Shown one piece after another: positions 59,931 to 64,000 of a stretch of DNA of 64,000 nucleotides; the stretch's first letter is position 1; every line of letters starts with the position of its first letter. This DNA comes from Selaginella moellendorffii (Eukaryota > Plantae > Lycopodiophyta): contig NW_003314284.1 of the NCBI RefSeq assembly GCF_000143415.4, forward strand, positions 1,807,715-1,871,714, written 5' to 3'. The notes beneath the pieces are model-generated. The model searched no databases. It was given only the letters and a program-made list of their open reading frames with translations, and was not told the DNA's origin. The translations under genes were made by a program, and so were the position numbers.

Positions 59931-60879
59931 TTAGAAATCTGCGCTGGCGGGGTGTATAGAGTCCCCATTTCCCGTTTTGCTGCGAGGTCGCGACGAGGCC
60001 TTCGTGATTGGGAAAGGCCAACAAGACGAGCCCGGGAGTATCCCTCTCCTGCATTCAAAACAACAAAGAATTCTTGACTCCCCAACCTTGTCAGACCTTA
60101 AATTCTCATACCTCTTGGTGGGCGCCGAGCCTTCTTGGCTATGGCTGCTACTGAAGCATCCTTGGCCGCACTTTGACGTGCATGTCGCCCGCTTCACACA
60201 CCTGTTGCAATACAATCGACTGCACACCTGGAAAGGAAAACGAAGAAGGTGAGTGCCACCAAAGTCCTCTGCTCGAAAGATCGATCTTTGCAGTGATCGT
60301 CCCGAGAAATCCAAACTAGAGAAGCGTTTCTCGCAGTACCTGGCACTTGGTCTTGAAGAAGATGACATGGGCGGAGCAAGAGCTACACTTGCTATGGACG
60401 CCATGATCGAAGCTGAGAGCCGGGAGGATTGGCTTCACTTGCGGCTCCTTGTGGATTCTCCACACGGGCGAGCCTGGCAGCGACTTAATCCCTCTCCTGG
60501 GCGACAGCGGCGGCGAGGGCCTGGGGGAAACCTTCCTTGGCGAGATGTGCTTCACCGACACGGGCAGAGGAGGAGGAGGAGCAGCGTCGATCCTAGCGCT
60601 GATCACCCCCCTGGTGGTGGCGGCGCCGCTGGTGGAGCGCGGCGGCGAGGAGGTGACCGAGAAGAAGAATGCGGTGGCGGAGCCAAACGCCGCCACGTCC
60701 GGGGGGAGACCCTCTTGGCGCTGCTCCACGGGGAGGCCCCCGGACAGGGGGATCGTCGGGTGCTCCACCAGATCTCGCAAGGACAGATCGTGGGCGCTCT
60801 CCGGGAGCTGCTCGTACAGCCTGTTTAGCTCCGCTTTGCCCTGCTCGATCGCCTCCCTCCTGCTCCTGGGCGACAACAT
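59931..60879 (-). CDS. Plant protein with EMB2170-like N-terminal motif, S/P-rich linker and FYVE-like Cys cluster; 3 exons
   Basis: 'SRREAIEQGKAELNRLYEQLPESAHDLSLRDLVE'; spliced 'CSSCSAHVIFFKTKCQVCSRLYCNRCV'; two GT-AG introns restore one frame to the stop at 59931. Confidence 0.6.
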
Positions 60880-62265
60880 CTCTCGCACCTGGAAGATCTC
60901 TTACCGCCGGAGATCCCTGTCTGTGACCTGTCTAGAAAGAAACTCTAGCCCCTTCATTCTGTGGGCACGCCATAGCTCAAAACTCGGGATTTGGCTTTAA
61001 CTAACTTGGCACTCGCCATTTTCTCGCGCCTTCGTTCATCCAGCGCCACGTTTCTCCGTCCGGGGCCCGGCGAGAGCCAACTGTGTGGTCTTGTTTCCAT
61101 GCCAGGCCCACACGCCGCCGATTTGTCATGGTGAATGGCCAAAGTATATTTCTTCCATCGCCATCTCGCCTCCTTTCTTCCAAAATTTTCGCCACCATCT
61201 TCCTGGGGCACTAATGGGCACCTTCGTCTAAAGCTTTCTAGAAGACTGGGAAGTCTTGGGCTTGATTACTTAGTGGGAAAGAGAAACAGGCTTGGGAAGT
61301 CAAAAGCACTGTAGCCCTCTGGTTTCTTGCTGTGTCTCCTCCCTGGGCCTACGGCCGGAAGAATCTGTCAACCGCATTTCTAATAAGCGGTTGCCGTTCG
61401 CATGGCTGTGTTCCAACTGGAGATATTCGACCTTAAGACTCGGAGAAAAAAGTAAAGAAAAAAACGACACTGCTTCTCCAGCCTAGCCGAAGAATTGCAA
61501 GGATACAGCTATGTTTTCACGAAGCTCGGCATTCTCTCCAGTGCATAGAGAGTTGATCCTGGATAGCATCGCTGGAACCGTGATGACGATGATCGCCAAA
61601 AACCATCGCTCTTTCTGCCGCATCGCTGCTCTTGCTGCTACTGCTCGCCAATGCCGCCGGTCCAGATTCAGCACTAGCACAGGCCCTGAGAACCACAACG
61701 TTGGCTTCGAGCATCTGGTAGAATCTTATGCTTTGCTTGCATGCGGTCAAGAGCATCCTGAGGCCGAGGGTTTAGTGTTGGAGGTTTACGCTTGCCAGAT
61801 CCACGTTGGCTAGAGTCGTAGATATATGTATATAGCTAGCTGATATATCATAGCCACATTGTCTACACTACGCTTCCGCGAAATACTTGCTATGTTTTGA
61901 CAGAGCTCAAGGAGTTGATTCTCCGTATCGAAAAGATCGATCAACAAGGTGGTGTCTTCATTATCTGCGTGATATATGGGGACGAGACTGGTAAACACTG
62001 CCTACTGCTGCATCAGCTTTTCAAGCATGTAGCTTGCACAGCTTTTGTGATGACACTCGAAGGTACGTATACAAATACACATTCCCTCCCTCCATCCACC
62101 ACCACCCCAGAATGGGCCTGCAAATCTCCAAAGCTGAAACCAAGTGGCAGCAAGTGTGATTTTGTGTGTGCAACAAGGTGAAAAGCTTGTTCAAAACTCA
62201 GGCGGAGAAATCAGTCAAAAAAGACTTCCATGTTGGTGTTGTTGTTGCAGGCAGGCAAGCCCCGC

Positions 62266-62306
62266 CGCCACGTGGCGCAGGCCGGCTGTACGAACGCACT
62301 ATAAAG
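62266..62306 (+). promoter_or_regulatory. Candidate MIR319 promoter: palindromic G-box and TATA box
   Basis: cgccacgtggcg (62266-62277) and tataaa (62300-62305), followed by CT-rich and GA-repeat leader-like sequence upstream of the hairpin. Confidence 0.55.
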
Positions 62307-63064
62307 CTCCCCCGAGAGAGAGAGAGTGTTGTCCCGTCAACCACAGCTCTCATTTTTCCATGAGCTAATCCAAAGTATCACCTCAGATCTTTTCCTTTCT
62401 CTCTTATCATCGTGGGGGTTGTGTGGCTAATCTGGCTCTGGCGGCTCTCTGGCCGTTCGTGTTTTTGCGGTGCTGCACTTTTGCGCGACCTTTTGCTTTG
62501 CCTGTTTCAGAGATTCGCACGGCTTTTTAATTTTGTGCTGGCGGGTTTTCCTTGTCTCTTGCCTGGCTCGCTCTTGCCGCTGCTGCCGCTGCTCGCTTTT
62601 CACTTCACATCGAGCCCAGCAGCCAGCGAGAAAAGAGAGAGAGAGTGAGCAAGAAAGGAGAGTGAGGGAGAGTGAGAGAGAGAGAGAGAGTGAATGGGAT
62701 TTTGACATATTGGGTCTTCTCATTCCAGAGGGATGGGTTCTCACCGACGCCGACGCGGACACCGACGACGACGACGCGCGGGCGAGCCAGAGAGGAGATT
62801 GTTAGCGTGTGATAGACAATGTTGGTGCTGCTGCTGCCTGCAATCCATCTACAATCTATCCAATTCTCTCTTCGTCCTTGAGGTACGTTCCTCCTTTCAT
62901 GCTCCTGACTGCTTTCAATGCTTGCATTCCAGAAATCTAGGCAGAAATCTGGGCAGGAGGGAGGAATGAATGATCCAAAAACCTGCGCTCTTTTCAGCGA
63001 TGGCGTGGGGCCTGGAAACAAATACGTTTAGATTTTTTCTCGTTGTGTGTGTGTTTTTGTTCGC

Positions 63065-63261
63065 GGGAGCTTCCTTTAGTTCAACTCAGGTGGAGCTGGA
63101 GATGGTCCTGCTGCCGACTCATGCATCCGCGTACCTTGGAAAGTTACAATGCCAGTTTCAGAAAGAGAGCTTCTTTTGTCCAGTGGTAGACGCTTGCATG
63201 ATGCGGGAGCTGGTTCTCTCTCGAGCTTTGATCGACCTGCCTTGGACTGAAGGGAGCTCCC
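63065..63261 (+). ncRNA. MIR319: MIR319 (miR159/319 family) precursor hairpin
   Basis: Mature (C)TTGGACTGAAGGGAGCTCCC at 63241-63261 pairs over 20 positions (3 G:U) with gggagcttcctttagttcaa at 63065-63084. Loop-proximal conserved arms gctgccgactcatgcat / tgcatgatgcgggagc are present. Confidence 0.95.
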
Positions 63262-63603
63262 TTGTTCCCACAAAACACTCCACTCGCGCGAAAATGACTT
63301 GGACACCCAAAGCAGCCTCTGCTGATCTCCTTCCGCTTGAGTGTTCCTCAGGATTTTGCGAGAGATGATAATATCTTAGGCTATATATCTTCAGAGAGAA
63401 ATAATAAATATGTTACACCAGTACTTGCAAACTGAGAATCCCCGCAAGTCCAACACGGAACAACAGTTTTCTTTCCTCTCTTTTTCCGATTTTATTTTTA
63501 AATTTTAAATTTCTTTTCTCTAGATTTGACTCGTTAAGAAAATCCACTTCCCAGTCGTGCAGCTGCAACTGCTGCTGCTGCCGCTGTTGCACACAACAAC
63601 ATC

Positions 63604-63687
63604 CTTTTCAAAACTAGAGTATAATTTTCCAAGCACACATCACCAGAAGTCGAGTCACACTTTTCAAAACTAGAGTATAATTTTCCA
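63604..63687. repeat. 28-bp exact direct repeat
   Basis: cttttcaaaactagagtataattttcca at 63604-63631 and 63660-63687. Confidence 0.9.
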
Positions 63688-64000
63688 TGAATTTCTGGCT
63701 TTGTTTTTTTGCATTAGAAGAATCAGAGAGTGAGAGCTACTACAGCGGCAGCATCAGTGTTTGGAAATATATGTTACAAAGAACCTCCGCTCTTGACCGG
63801 GACGTAAAAACAGCACCAAAACAAATAAGAAAACGAAGGGAAAAAAAAAAAAAAAAAACAAAAGAAGGAAAGAATCGAAGGAAAAAAACAACCAGAAGAC
63901 GGACAAATGGTGGTGGTGATGAAGTGGAGAAGATGAAGAAGATAGAATACAACCCTTTGGTCTTGTAGAAATACACCCCGAAACTGTAAGCTGAAGGAAT

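Noticed and set aside
61250-62200. Short ORFs, a signal-peptide-like stretch and a small hairpin (caaccgc/gcggttg)
   Set aside because: No consistent gene model or motif; a 7-bp stem is within chance.

Overview
Gene-dense eukaryotic nuclear DNA from a land plant with very short (mostly ~40-70 nt) GT-AG introns. The compactness, the short-repeat PLS-class PPR genes and the gene set suggest a lycophyte such as Selaginella; this is an inference, not a database match. The left part (1-27.7 kb) and 31.4-33.6 kb hold tightly packed genes: IDM1-like Agenet/PHD/GNAT protein, RNase HII, a large coiled-coil protein, CYP71-clan P450, PPR, kinesin-10, CBM20 protein, GLUTAMINE DUMPER, mitochondrial-type RPL25, seryl-tRNA synthetase, a kinase-less G-type lectin S-domain protein, a carboxylesterase, VPS37 and a redox-inactive nucleoredoxin. 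The 34-49 kb region is decayed. It holds a SerRS pseudogene, AT-rich retroelement relics, Crinkler-like REase/kinase pseudogenes and a structurally complete 4.95 kb Ty3/gypsy element. That element has 172/174 bp LTRs, an ACTA TSD, a tRNA-Ala PBS, a PPT and an in-phase G_GGA_AAC slippery site plus H-type pseudoknot at the gag-pol junction. The right part has two more PPRs, Rit1, tRNA-Phe, a hAT relic, a third Crinkler-like relic, an EMB2170-like/zinc-finger gene and a MIR319 hairpin with a candidate promoter. The main leads are the -1 frameshift pseudoknot, the Crinkler-like cluster, head-to-tail genes only 21-50 bp apart, and possible reuse of a duplicated bidirectional promoter by the pseudo-nucleoredoxin. 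Exon boundaries were read by eye and are approximate.
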